NCBI GenBank assembly: GCA_026225415.1
Contig: JAMFSS010000006.1
Coordinates: 161,046 to 225,045, forward strand
Source of the DNA: Alphaproteobacteria bacterium
GTDB lineage: Bacteria; Pseudomonadota; Alphaproteobacteria; UBA9219
DNA: 64,000 nt
Direction: 5' to 3'
Part shown: piece by piece, positions 38,729 through 48,951 of the stretch
How positions within the stretch are numbered: the first letter of the stretch is position 1
How the letters are laid out: the number at the start of each line of letters is the position of its first letter
Made by a program: the position numbers and the translations under genes
The notes under the pieces: model-generated
The model's input: only the letters and a program-made list of their open reading frames with translations
Database searches by the model: none
Told to the model about the DNA's origin: nothing

Positions 38729-38833
38729 GGAAACGAAAAATTGGGGAAAAAAGGAATGGGGATATTATGGTATAATGTAAAATAAATCGCTATTATCTTT
38801 TGCGCTCCCGCCTCTTATCCCCTGTCCCCGTCT

Positions 38834-39472
38834 ATGCTTCTTCTGTACATCCCCGATAACGCCCTGCGCGAAGCTGTGGTCGAACAAATGACGGTTGCCA
38901 AGCTGGGCGATATTATTTTGTGCGATACGCCGCAAAACCTGTTGAAAAAAGCCGAAAGCGACAAGGACGGCATTATCATTATCGATGGTGATGATAAAAA
39001 GGCGACTGGCTTGGCTCAATCCTTGCCGGGGTTGGCATCCACGCTTCTGGTGCTGGGCGGATTAGGCGAAAATGAAAATGTCACTGAAACATTCACCAAA
39101 CCCCTGCGGCTTGGCCATTTTATCACGCGTCTGCGTTATTACGCCGAAACGGCACCCTTGCTGCGCAACCAGACTATCATTTTTGGATCCTATCGTTTGG
39201 AGCCGCAAAACCGCCGGCTGTGCCGCACCGATAAGGAAGAGATTATAAAATTGACGGAAAAAGAAACCGCCTTGCTGGTTTTTCTGGGCACGCGCGGTGT
39301 GCCTGCCACGCGACAGGAAATTCTGGCCACCGTCTGGGGCTATGATGAACGTATCGATACGCACACGCTGGAAACCCATATATACCAATTGCGCCGCAAA
39401 TTAGACGAAAGCGGCGGCGAATTTCTGGTTAATGAAGCAGGTGCCTATCGTCTGCAACAAAGGGGTGTGTGA
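38834..39472 (+). CDS. OmpR/PhoB-type winged-helix regulator with atypical receiver-like N-domain
   Basis: C-terminal trans_reg_C-like region (LTEKETALLVFL...TVWGYDERIDTHTLETHIYQLRRKL). N-terminal acidic pocket only partially conserved. First gene of a six-gene coupled operon. Confidence 0.7.
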   Translation: MLLLYIPDNALREAVVEQMTVAKLGDIILCDTPQNLLKKAESDKDGIIIIDGDDKKATGLAQSLPGLASTLLVLGGLGENENVTETFTKPLRLGHFITRLRYYAETAPLLRNQTIIFGSYRLEPQNRRLCRTDKEEIIKLTEKETALLVFLGTRGVPATRQEILATVWGYDERIDTHTLETHIYQLRRKLDESGGEFLVNEAGAYRLQQRGV

Positions 39473-40053
39473 TGCGGCGTTTCTTGGCGCTTGGGGTTCT
39501 GTGTGTTTTGGCGGCGTGCGGCGGGGGGGCGGGTTCGTCTTCATCGCATCAGGTTTCCGGCAGGGGTTTGGCCAAAACAACGCCCGATGGCGACGCCACG
39601 CGGCGCATTGTGATGGTCTACCCCTATACTCACGAAAAAATTGATGTGGTTTATTATCATGATGGTTCTTACGACCAACGTGCTTTGGCTTCCATTAATG
39701 AACTTATGCGCGACCGGCATGAAAATATCGCCGGTAAAATCGACCCCGAATTGATCGATTATATGGTCGATATCCGTAAAAGGCTGGGGTTGCCCGCCAC
39801 GGTGCCGTTTCAGGTTTTGTCGGGTTTCCGCACACCCGAAACCAATGCCAGCCTGGCGGTCACCAATGCCAATGTCGCCAAGGAATCGTTGCACATGCAT
39901 GGTTGGGCGGTCGATTTCCGTATCGACAGCGTGAATGGCAAGGCGATGTGCGAAATCGCCAAAACCATGCAGCGCGGCGGCGTTGCTTTCTATCCCGAAG
40001 ATAATCATATTCATATCGATCTTGGTAATATCCGCACCTGGCATGGTTCATAA
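39472..40053 (+). CDS. DUF882 (YcbK-like, peptidase M15 superfamily) lipoprotein
   Basis: Lipobox LAAC. Conserved H..D...H-like zinc ligands (HMHGWAVDF...HIHID). Start overlaps the upstream stop by 1 nt. Confidence 0.7.
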   Translation: MRRFLALGVLCVLAACGGGAGSSSSHQVSGRGLAKTTPDGDATRRIVMVYPYTHEKIDVVYYHDGSYDQRALASINELMRDRHENIAGKIDPELIDYMVDIRKRLGLPATVPFQVLSGFRTPETNASLAVTNANVAKESLHMHGWAVDFRIDSVNGKAMCEIAKTMQRGGVAFYPEDNHIHIDLGNIRTWHGS

Positions 40054-41391
40054 ATGACTCAATCCTCCATCGACTTTCTTTCTGATCTGATCGGCAAAGC
40101 CATCAAGGCGGGCGCGGATTCCGCCGATGCTTTGTTGTCGGACTCGACGGATTTATCGGTGTCGCTGTCCAACGGCAAAATTGAAAGTCTGGAACGGTCG
40201 GAATCCGCAGATTTAGGTTTGCGCGTTTTCATCGGGCATCAGCAAGCGGTGGTGTCGAGCAGCGACCGCAGTACCAAAGCGATTGATGAATTGATCGCCC
40301 GCGCGATTGCCACCGCCAAACTTGCGCCCGAAGATCAATTTTGTGGCATCGCTTTGGCGGATGAAATAGGCAAAAATATTCCCAAACTGGAAATGGCCGA
40401 CACGGCCGAATTTTCTGCCGAACAACTTATCGTGCAGGCGCGCATTACCGAAGATGCCGCGCGTTCTGTGGCAGGTGTCACCAATTCCGACGATATCGGC
40501 GCGGGTTGGGGCGAAAGCCGCACCACATTGGCCGCCAGCAACGGTTTTGTGGGCTCTTACGCCCGCACAGGATACAGCCTGAGCGCGGCGGTGATTGCAG
40601 GAACCGGCACAGGAATGGAACGCGATTATGATTACGCGCACCGTGTTTTTGCGGGCGACATGCCTGCCGCAGATGTCATCGGACGCAAGGCGGGCGAACG
40701 GGCGGTGCGGCGTTTAAACCCGCGCAAAATGCCGACCGCGCGTGTGCCGGTTTTCTTTGACCCGCGTATTGCCGGTGGGTTGATCGGTTCCCTGATCGGC
40801 GCGATTTCCGGCGCATCGGTGGCACGTAAAACCAGTTTTTTGAAAGACGCGCTCGGTAAGAAAATTTTTGCTGACGGCATCACCGTTATCGATGATCCGC
40901 ACCGCGCCCGTGGCCAACGGTCACGCGCGTTTGATGCCGAAGGGATTCTGCCACAGAAACGCAAATTGATTGATGCGGGTGTGCTGACAACCTGGTTGCT
41001 CGATCTCAGTTCGGCACGGCAATTGGGATTGCACAGCACCGGGCACGCGTCGCGTTCGACCGGCGGGCCGCCTTCGCCTTCCGCCAGTAATGTATATGTC
41101 GAGGCGGGCACCGCGACGCCCGCAGAATTGATGCGCGATGTGGCATCGGGTTTTTATGTGACCGAAACCATGGGTATGGGCGTTAATGGCGTGACGGGCG
41201 ATTACAGCCAGGCGGCATCCGGTTTCTGGATTGAAAATGGGGAAATTCTTTTTCCCGTGAACGAAATGACTATCGCCGGTAATTTAAAAGACATGTTTTT
41301 GAATATGTCCGTTGCCAATGATCTGAATTTCGAACGCGGTATCGATGTGCCGACAGTGCGCGTCGAAGGCATGACCATAGCGGGGACCTGA
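40054..41391 (+). CDS. pmbA: PmbA/TldE family metalloprotease
   Basis: 445 aa. N-terminus MTQSSIDFLSDLIGKAIKAGADSADALL is typical of PmbA. Confidence 0.85.
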   Translation: MTQSSIDFLSDLIGKAIKAGADSADALLSDSTDLSVSLSNGKIESLERSESADLGLRVFIGHQQAVVSSSDRSTKAIDELIARAIATAKLAPEDQFCGIALADEIGKNIPKLEMADTAEFSAEQLIVQARITEDAARSVAGVTNSDDIGAGWGESRTTLAASNGFVGSYARTGYSLSAAVIAGTGTGMERDYDYAHRVFAGDMPAADVIGRKAGERAVRRLNPRKMPTARVPVFFDPRIAGGLIGSLIGAISGASVARKTSFLKDALGKKIFADGITVIDDPHRARGQRSRAFDAEGILPQKRKLIDAGVLTTWLLDLSSARQLGLHSTGHASRSTGGPPSPSASNVYVEAGTATPAELMRDVASGFYVTETMGMGVNGVTGDYSQAASGFWIENGEILFPVNEMTIAGNLKDMFLNMSVANDLNFERGIDVPTVRVEGMTIAGT

Positions 41392-43769
41392 TGAAACGGG
41401 GATTAAAGAAATTCTTGCTCGCAACCTGTGCCGTTCTTGTTGGCGTCCCCCTTCTTGCGCTTGGTGGTGTTGCCTTTATCTTTAAACACGCCGAACCGGA
41501 TTACACAGGAACGGTGCAAATGACCGGCCTGTCGGCGCCCGTCAATGTCTATCGCGATGCCTATGGCATCCCGCATATTTTTGCCGACAACATGAATGAC
41601 GCGGCGCGTGCCCTTGGTTACGCGCATGCCAGCGAACGTCTGTTTCAAATGGAAACACAACGCCGCGCGGGGCAGGGACGGCTGGCCGAAATTTTGGGCG
41701 CAGATACCGTTGGCATCGATAAATTCACCCGCACTTTGGGTCTCTACAAATTGGCGCAAAGCAGCTATGCCGCCATGTCGCCCGAAGCCCAAGGCTATTT
41801 CCAAGCCTATACCGACGGCGTTAATGCATGGCTGCAAACCCATGCCCATGCTTTGTCGCCAGAATTTGTTTTGTTGGGCATCAAGCCAGAACCCTGGACA
41901 CCGGCGGATTCCGTGGTGTGGGGCAAATTGATGGGGCTGGAACTCAGCCATAATTATCATCTGGAAATGTTGCGCGCGCAATTGGCGGGCAAGATTTCGC
42001 CTGAACAAATGCAATGGTTATTCCCGATGCCGCCCGCCGGCACGCCGGTCACGACGCAACCCGTTGTCGAACAAACCTCTGCGCGCGATGTGAACAACAA
42101 ACTCGCCGCCTTGCTTGGCCTGTCACATGCCGCATCGAATGAATGGGTTGTTGGCGGGTCGCGCACTGTCACCGGCAAACCGATGCTGGCCAATGACCCG
42201 CATCTGGATTTGGGCGCGCCCATTTTATGGTATCTGGCGCGTATCGTAACCCCGCAGGGCAGTGTGAAGGGCGCGACCGTTCCCGGTTTACCGATTATGC
42301 TGTTGGGCGAGAACGATCATATGGCGTGGGGATTTACAACAACCGGCAGCGATGTCGAAGATTTGTTCGTTGAAACCACAGACCCGCAAGACCCCACGCA
42401 TTATCTAACGCCGGATGGCAGTGTGCCGTTTGATACGCATAATGAAATTATCCGTGTGAAAAATGCACCCGATGTAACCATTGCGGTGCGCACCACGCGC
42501 CACGGCCCTGTGTTATCCGACATTAATGCCGATATGGCGAAACTGGCGGGTAATGGCAAAATAATGGCATTGGCCTTCACCGGTTTGGGCGGTGATGATC
42601 GCACGTCGGAATCATTGATGCTTATCAACCGCGCGAAAAACGCCGATCAATTTATGGCGGCGCTACAGCTTTATCAAACGCCGCCGCAAAATATCGTTTA
42701 TGCCGATGATGCGGGCGCGTTCGGTTATATCAATCCGGGCTTGGTGCCGGTGCGCAAAAAAGGCGATGGGCTGATGCCCGCTGATGGCGCATCGGGTGAT
42801 TATGATTGGATAGGCACTATACCACTGGACGCCGATCCGCAGATTGCCAATCCCGAAGCCGGTTTTGTGTTCAATGCCAATAACGCGGTGGTGGCCGCGG
42901 ATAACCAAAATTATTTTGGCCAGGATTGGGAAGAACCCTATCGCGCGCGTCGTCTGCAACAAATTTTCACTGCCACCGACAAATTTACGCTGCCGAAAAT
43001 CGCGGCGATGCAGGCCGATACTTTGTCTGTCGCTGCCACCGATTTTCTGCCTTGGCTGGTGACGATTGAACCCGACTCAAATAATCCAAGGGGCGACCGC
43101 GCCAAACAGGCGATTGCGATGCTGGATAAATGGGATGCGGTGATGGATAAAGACCGGCCCGAACCGGCGATTTTCGAAGCATGGCTCTATCAATTCCATC
43201 ATCACATGCTGGATGAAAAAACCGGCGTCGATATGTCCGAAAAAGGCCCGTTTGCCGCCATGACGCTGGCTGATCTGGTTAAAAATCATGCGGATGATTG
43301 GTGCGGCGATGCCGATTGCCGCAAACTTATCGCACAAAGTTTTGATGACGCGCTGGATATGATGGCAGAGCGGCAAGGCGAAGATATGACAGCGTGGCGT
43401 TGGGGTCGCGAAAATATCGCGCAGCTGACCCACAAATTCTACAGCCATATTCCCGTGTTGAAGGATATCAGCGACCTGAGCGTGGAAAGCAGCGGCGATT
43501 TTTATACGCTCGACCGTGGCGGCGGTTTCGATAACCCACCCGAAAAACCCTTTGCCCGCACGCATGGCGGCGGCTTCCGCGGCATATATGATCTGGCCAA
43601 TCCCGATGCGTCTTTGTTCATGATCAGTACAGGCGAATCCGACCATCTTTTCGGCGGCCATTACGGCGATCTGGTGAATGCGTGGGTGAATGTCAAAGCC
43701 ATCACTTTGTCAGGCAGCGCGGATGATTTCCGCAAAAACGGCGCGGATGATCTGGTGTTGATCCCATGA
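41391..43769 (+). CDS. penicillin acylase family (Ntn hydrolase) protein
   Basis: 792 aa. N-terminal TM/signal. Family-typical segments (YGIPHIF, SNEWVVGG at the beta-subunit nucleophile site). TGATG overlap with pmbA. Confidence 0.8.
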   Translation: MKRGLKKFLLATCAVLVGVPLLALGGVAFIFKHAEPDYTGTVQMTGLSAPVNVYRDAYGIPHIFADNMNDAARALGYAHASERLFQMETQRRAGQGRLAEILGADTVGIDKFTRTLGLYKLAQSSYAAMSPEAQGYFQAYTDGVNAWLQTHAHALSPEFVLLGIKPEPWTPADSVVWGKLMGLELSHNYHLEMLRAQLAGKISPEQMQWLFPMPPAGTPVTTQPVVEQTSARDVNNKLAALLGLSHAASNEWVVGGSRTVTGKPMLANDPHLDLGAPILWYLARIVTPQGSVKGATVPGLPIMLLGENDHMAWGFTTTGSDVEDLFVETTDPQDPTHYLTPDGSVPFDTHNEIIRVKNAPDVTIAVRTTRHGPVLSDINADMAKLAGNGKIMALAFTGLGGDDRTSESLMLINRAKNADQFMAALQLYQTPPQNIVYADDAGAFGYINPGLVPVRKKGDGLMPADGASGDYDWIGTIPLDADPQIANPEAGFVFNANNAVVAADNQNYFGQDWEEPYRARRLQQIFTATDKFTLPKIAAMQADTLSVAATDFLPWLVTIEPDSNNPRGDRAKQAIAMLDKWDAVMDKDRPEPAIFEAWLYQFHHHMLDEKTGVDMSEKGPFAAMTLADLVKNHADDWCGDADCRKLIAQSFDDALDMMAERQGEDMTAWRWGRENIAQLTHKFYSHIPVLKDISDLSVESSGDFYTLDRGGGFDNPPEKPFARTHGGGFRGIYDLANPDASLFMISTGESDHLFGGHYGDLVNAWVNVKAITLSGSADDFRKNGADDLVLIP

Positions 43770-45010
43770 AACGCGTTGCCGTTCTTATCGATTTACCGCG
43801 TGGTGCGGGCGCCGGCGGCCATGTGATTTATTGGGAACGGCTGGCGCAAGCGGCGGCACGCGAAGAAATGCCGCTCGATCTGACCTTTTATTTTTCCGGC
43901 ACAGGGGATGATGAAAAATTGTCGCCGCATGTGCGTTACCGTTATCTGCCACCGGTTTTCAGCACAGCGAAATTAAAATTCCTGCCCTATCTTCCGGCAC
44001 ATACCGACCTTGCGCCCTTTCACCCGCAATTGGCGGAAGAACTGGCTGATTATGATGTTATCCATACGACAGATGCGTATTTCGCCTTTGCCAAAACGGC
44101 GGAACGCGTGGCGCGGTGGCACAACATTCCTTTGGTGACGTCGCTTCATACCGACACGCCCGCTTATTCCGAAATTTTTGCCCGCGCAACGGTCGAAAAT
44201 ATCTTTGGCGGTTTTGTGGGGTCGTGGCTGGATATCACATTCAATATCGCCGCGCGCGAACGCGACTCAAAAGCCAGAAGGCTGGCATCGCATATCAAGG
44301 CAACCGATGCGGCGATCGTGTTGCGCAAAACCGATGCCGAACTTGCCGAAACACTGATCGAACCTAAAAAAGTATCGCGTCTTCATCTGGCCGTGAACAA
44401 GGATGTATTCGTGCCCAATGACACGGCGCGGGAGGCTATCGAAAAAACCTATGGTATTCCTTCGGGTAAATTTATCGTGCTATTTGTGGGACGCGTCGAT
44501 ATCGGCAAAAATATGCCGTTGCTTATGGATGCGTGCGAACAAATGCTGGCGCAAAATATCCCGCTTCATCTGCTTGTCGTCGGTCAAGGCCCCTTGCAGG
44601 ACGAAGTCAAAAAGAGACTGGGCGTTAACGTGACGCTGACGGGGCAATTAACGCCTGAAAAACTGGCGCCTTGTTATGCGGCTGCCGATTGTCTGGCGCT
44701 TGTGTCCGATGTGGAAATTGGCGGGCTTGTGGCTCTGGAAGCATTGTCCTGTGGTTGCCCTGCCCTTGTTTCGCGCATCAGTGATGTGGCACAGGCGTCA
44801 GACGCCACCGATGTCATGCAAATGGTCGAAAGCAACAGCGATGATTGGGCGCAGGCTCTCAGCAGCTTGGCGCAGGATAAGGAAAAACAGGCGCAGATGC
44901 GGCAAGCCGCGTTGGGGTATCGGCGCGATAAACTGGCCGATTGGACAGGCATCCTGAAAAATGATTTCATGGCCGTCTGGCAAAAACTGGAGAAAACCGA
45001 TGTTCGGTAA
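43766..45010 (+). CDS. glycosyltransferase family 4 (GT-B) protein
   Basis: C-terminal GT4 motif EIGGLVALEALSCGCPALVS. ATGA overlap with the upstream acylase gene. Confidence 0.8.
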   Translation: MKRVAVLIDLPRGAGAGGHVIYWERLAQAAAREEMPLDLTFYFSGTGDDEKLSPHVRYRYLPPVFSTAKLKFLPYLPAHTDLAPFHPQLAEELADYDVIHTTDAYFAFAKTAERVARWHNIPLVTSLHTDTPAYSEIFARATVENIFGGFVGSWLDITFNIAARERDSKARRLASHIKATDAAIVLRKTDAELAETLIEPKKVSRLHLAVNKDVFVPNDTAREAIEKTYGIPSGKFIVLFVGRVDIGKNMPLLMDACEQMLAQNIPLHLLVVGQGPLQDEVKKRLGVNVTLTGQLTPEKLAPCYAAADCLALVSDVEIGGLVALEALSCGCPALVSRISDVAQASDATDVMQMVESNSDDWAQALSSLAQDKEKQAQMRQAALGYRRDKLADWTGILKNDFMAVWQKLEKTDVR

Positions 45011-45758
45011 AAGAATCCTTATCGCCGTCGCACACCCCGATGATGAAATCGTTGCCTGTGCGGCCTCTGTGGCGCGGGCACGCGCGGCGGGTGCAACGGT
45101 GTCCGCGCTTTATCTGACCAATGGCTGTATTCCGCAAACTGAAATGTGGCGCTGGCAACGTAAAAACTATGTGGCCTGCGTCGCCAAACGCCGCGCCGAA
45201 GCCGAAGCCGTCGCTCTGGCACTGGGCATACAACCGGTGGGATGGGCCGATCGTCCCGCGCGGCATTTATGGCGCAATCTCCCCGATGTGCAACACGAAC
45301 TGGATGCCGCAATATCCTTGTATCGCCCCGACCAATTATGGGTTCCGGCCTATGAAGGCGGCAACCCCGATCATGACGCGCTTAACGCGTTGTGCTTTGG
45401 TTTCAAAATGCGGCTCAGTGTTTTGGAATTTGCCGAATATAATTTCTTTGGCGGCGTGGCGCGGTCGAACGTGTTTATTTCGTCCGATGAAACGGTGCGC
45501 ACGATAACGCTGACACCCGAAGAACAAAAGGCCAAACGTGCCGCACTGGCCAGCTATAAATCCGAACGCGGCAATCTGTCATCAATGCGCGTCGAGCAGG
45601 AAGCCTATCGCCCTATTGGTGCCTATGACTATAACCACCCGCCGCATCAAGGAAAATTATGGTATGCGCGTTTTCAATGGGTGCCGTTTAAACATCCCCG
45701 CGTTGATTTCACCAGGCCAGAAGAAGTGTTGAAGGCAATCGCTGCGTTCAAATCATGA
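45000..45758 (+). CDS. PIG-L/LmbE family N-acetylglucosaminyl deacetylase
   Basis: VAHPDDEI motif near the N-terminus. Start overlaps the GT4 stop by 11 nt. Confidence 0.75.
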   Translation: MFGKRILIAVAHPDDEIVACAASVARARAAGATVSALYLTNGCIPQTEMWRWQRKNYVACVAKRRAEAEAVALALGIQPVGWADRPARHLWRNLPDVQHELDAAISLYRPDQLWVPAYEGGNPDHDALNALCFGFKMRLSVLEFAEYNFFGGVARSNVFISSDETVRTITLTPEEQKAKRAALASYKSERGNLSSMRVEQEAYRPIGAYDYNHPPHQGKLWYARFQWVPFKHPRVDFTRPEEVLKAIAAFKS

Positions 45759-46889
45759 GAACAAAGCCTTAATCTTCGCAATCACTTCCAGATGAACCAG
45801 ATCGTTCCATGTCGCGAAAATCATCAAGGACGCGACCATGGTAAGGCCGATACGCATGCCGATTTCCTGAGCCTTTTCCGGCAGGGGTCTTTTAAACACG
45901 GCTTCATAGGCGTAAAACATCAAATGTCCGCCGTCCAATAAGGGCACAGGAAACAGGTTGATAAGCCCCAGATTAACCGAAATCACCGCCATAAACCACA
46001 CCAGCGCCCACACGCCGTCCTGCGCAATATGCCCCGACATTTCGGCAATGCGTAACGGCCCGCCAATTTCATCCGATGCGCGTGTGCCCAAAATCATTTG
46101 GCCGATGGCCTTCAACGTATCGGTGGATAGATGCCATGTTTCCAATGCCGCATGTTGCACAGCCTGCAAAGGCGGCCATTCTTTATACTCCAACGCGTTT
46201 GAAACAATGCCGATTTTGCCCATGCGGTGTTCGCCGCCAAAATGGTCGGTCTGCACGCTCATTTCCGGTGTCAGGGTAATTGTTTGCGCGGCACCATCAC
46301 GTTCAATATCAAATTGCATCGGCGCGCCGACGCTCATGCTGACCATGCGTTTGATATCTTCAAACCGTGATACGTCGGTGCCGTCGATGGCGGTTACTTT
46401 GTCGCCGCCATGTAATCCCGCCTGCGCCGCTACGCCGCCTTCTTGGACTGTGCCGATGGTGGGCGGCGAATAAGGTTGTCCCTGAAAAACAAATAATACC
46501 GCCAAAACAATTATGGCGAATATATAATTGACGGCAGGCCCTGCAATCACCACGGCGGCGCGTTTGGCGACCGATTGGTGATAAAACGCGACTTTCTTTT
46601 CGTCATCCGTCATGGTTTTAACGGATTCATCGGGGCTGCTGGCAGGGTCGGCATCGCCGAACATTTTCACATAACCGCCCAACGGCAACCATGCCACCTG
46701 CCATTGTGTGCCATGTTTGTCTTTCCAACTGAAAATGGGTTTGCCGAAACCGATCGAAAAAGACATCACGCGGATCCCGCATCGCCGCGCGACCCAGTAA
46801 TGACCGAATTCATGCACGAAAACGACAACGCTAATCACCAGAATGAAAGGCAGGGCATAGTCGTGAAGGATGGACAGAATGTGGGGCAT
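45753..46889 (-). CDS. rseP: RIP site-2 zinc metalloprotease RseP
   Basis: HEFGHYWVAR (HExxH), a PDZ domain and a C-terminal LDGG motif. 378 aa. Confidence 0.9.
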   Translation of the reverse strand: MPHILSILHDYALPFILVISVVVFVHEFGHYWVARRCGIRVMSFSIGFGKPIFSWKDKHGTQWQVAWLPLGGYVKMFGDADPASSPDESVKTMTDDEKKVAFYHQSVAKRAAVVIAGPAVNYIFAIIVLAVLFVFQGQPYSPPTIGTVQEGGVAAQAGLHGGDKVTAIDGTDVSRFEDIKRMVSMSVGAPMQFDIERDGAAQTITLTPEMSVQTDHFGGEHRMGKIGIVSNALEYKEWPPLQAVQHAALETWHLSTDTLKAIGQMILGTRASDEIGGPLRIAEMSGHIAQDGVWALVWFMAVISVNLGLINLFPVPLLDGGHLMFYAYEAVFKRPLPEKAQEIGMRIGLTMVASLMIFATWNDLVHLEVIAKIKALFS

Positions 46890-46995
46890 TTATTTTCTTT
46901 CAGTATGCGGAAACAACCGGGGCATAGTTGCACAAACATAAGGCCAAAAAAAGACCCGGCTTTCGCCGGGCCTTGGTGGAGCGTTTAACGCTGTT

Positions 46996-47178
46996 TTAAG
47001 CAGCGATTTGCTGCCCATGCAGCAGACGCTCGATTTCGTCCTTAACGCCCAGCTTCTGGGCTTTCAGCCGGTGGATGACCAGATCATCCGATCCCGGATG
47101 TGTCTCTTCCTCGCGCAGCATCTGGTCGATGCGGGCATGTTTCTTCTTCAACGATTCAATGTGACTAGTAAGTGCCAT
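46996..47178 (-). CDS. DUF465 (YdcH-like) small protein
   Basis: The 60 aa sequence MALTSHIESLKKKHARIDQMLREEETHPGSDDLVIHRLKAQKLGVKDEIERL is typical of DUF465. Confidence 0.6.
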   Translation of the reverse strand: MALTSHIESLKKKHARIDQMLREEETHPGSDDLVIHRLKAQKLGVKDEIERLLHGQQIAA

Positions 47179-47424
47179 AGACGATCTCCTTTGATGTGAG
47201 GTTGATCACTTTTGTGCAGATGCAAACTCTACCATAAATCGCGGAGGTCGGGCGGGGAATTTTGTTAACAAAGTGCGCGATTTTTCACGCGTTACCGGCA
47301 ATAAGTTTGGCGCTTCAATAACTAAGACGGTGAACGCAACATTCTTGCTTTTTTTTGCGCACGCGCCCCGCGCATACAGAAAATTAATTTAAATTTTAAG
47401 TAAAAAGAAAAATCAAATAGGTAT

Positions 47425-47458
47425 AAAAAACGCGCCCCGTTTAAGGGACGCGTTTTTA
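47425..47458. terminator. bidirectional rho-independent terminator downstream of ctrA
   Basis: AAAAAA-cgcgcccc-gtttaa-gggacgcg-TTTTT, 13 nt after the ctrA stop. Confidence 0.6.
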
Positions 47459-47470
47459 AAAGAATAATGC

Positions 47471-48184
47471 TTAGGCGGTTTTTGCAGCCGTACGTGTGGC
47501 TTCCGAACCGACAGGATCCCGCAACACATAGCCGCGGCCCCAAACGGTTTCGATGTAATTTTCGCCGCCTGCGGCTGTTGCCAGCTTTTTACGCAGCTTG
47601 CACACGAAAACGTCGATAATTTTCAATTCAGGTTCGTCCATGCCGCCATACAAATGGTTCAGGAACATTTCCTTGGTCAAGGTCGTGCCCTTACGCAAGG
47701 ACAGCAATTCCAGAATGCCATATTCCTTGCCGGTCAGATGCAACGGCGCGCCGTCAACATCAACGGTGCGGGTGTCCAGATTAACGATCAGTTTGCCGGT
47801 GCGGATAACGCTGTCGCTGTGACCCTTGGAGCGGCGGATAATCGCATGAATGCGGGCAACCAGTTCGCGGCGGTCGAAGGGCTTGGTCAGATAATCATCG
47901 GCGCCAAAGCCCAGACCCTTAATCTTGTTATCCAGTTCCGACAGGCCGGACAGGATAAGGATAGGTGTCGATACACGCGCGGCGCGTAAACGGCGCAAAA
48001 CTTCATAACCATCAATATCAGGGAGCATCAGATCGAGGATAATGATGTCGTAATCGTAAATTTTGCCGATTTCCAAACCATCTTCGCCCAGATCGGTGGT
48101 ATCGACGATGAAACCTTCCGCTTGCAGCATCAATTCGATGCTCTTGGCGACCGAGGTATCGTCTTCAACAAGCAGAACGCGCAT
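47471..48184 (-). CDS. ctrA: cell-cycle response regulator CtrA
   Basis: MRVLLVEDD...[14 protein letters not shown] receiver plus OmpR-type DNA-binding domain. Near-canonical CtrA sequence across all 237 aa. Confidence 0.9.
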   Translation of the reverse strand: MRVLLVEDDTSVAKSIELMLQAEGFIVDTTDLGEDGLEIGKIYDYDIIILDLMLPDIDGYEVLRRLRAARVSTPILILSGLSELDNKIKGLGFGADDYLTKPFDRRELVARIHAIIRRSKGHSDSVIRTGKLIVNLDTRTVDVDGAPLHLTGKEYGILELLSLRKGTTLTKEMFLNHLYGGMDEPELKIIDVFVCKLRKKLATAAGGENYIETVWGRGYVLRDPVGSEATRTAAKTA

Positions 48185-48322
48185 AATTTTGCCTCACAGG
48201 TTAATGGCGGCTATAATTTATTAATCATATTCTAACATAGGTTTTAAGGAATGGTAAGCTTTATTAACAATGTCGGAACCGGCATGCACAAAAAATTGAT
48301 TTATTATATCAAAATCAATAAG

Positions 48323-48844
48323 TTATTGTATTTTTGGCGTCATGCACAGTTGAAAAAACCCCAAAAGACTGTCCCTATGTGTGCGGGTCGTGCTTTCACT
48401 ATTCTGGGGTATAATGGCACCGGGGGCATAGCTACGTTCTTTTACACTAACAGAAACGCGCCCAGCCGCCGTGAAATTACCAAACAGGCTTGTGCTGGTG
48501 GCTAAATCATCTGTGCCTACAGTGATGATGAAGCTTTGATTTTTGTTATTGATCATAAAATGCGAACGGGTTTTAACTTCTGTGTCTTTGATATTATGGC
48601 TGGCATAAGCAACCGTACCGGAAAATATGTCACTTACTTCTGTCGAAGGCTGCATATGGTTGAGATCATCATCTTGCAAAGCCTGAAAAGCGCAAGCGGT
48701 TGCTTTTGTCATAATTTCGGATTGTGCCGATGGGTTGGCCGCAGGCCGAACAGTTTTTACGGCTTGTGGACGCGTGGTGACAACCGATGCCGTAAAAAGC
48801 TCAGCCACCGCCGTAATACCCAAAACCCATTTTTTCTTATTCAT
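48323..48844 (-). CDS. hypothetical exported protein in AT-rich islet
   Basis: Signal peptide MNKKKWVLGITAVAELFTASVV. The locus 48190-48940 has low GC. Confidence 0.45.
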   Translation of the reverse strand: MNKKKWVLGITAVAELFTASVVTTRPQAVKTVRPAANPSAQSEIMTKATACAFQALQDDDLNHMQPSTEVSDIFSGTVAYASHNIKDTEVKTRSHFMINNKNQSFIITVGTDDLATSTSLFGNFTAAGRVSVSVKERSYAPGAIIPQNSESTTRTHRDSLLGFFQLCMTPKIQ

Positions 48845-48951
48845 AGCCACTCCTGATGCGCGAAATAAAAAAGGATAATGCAATCGGGGGATTATACATG
48901 GGGCGCAATTACTTTCCTAAGCTAATTAAGGCGACTTATGGTTAACGTGCC

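Noticed and set aside
47179-47420. Second hairpin (tgcgcacgcgccccgcgca) between DUF465 and ctrA as a terminator
   Set aside because: The T-run precedes rather than follows the stem on the + strand, and an A-run follows it on the minus strand. This orientation is wrong for an intrinsic terminator on either strand.
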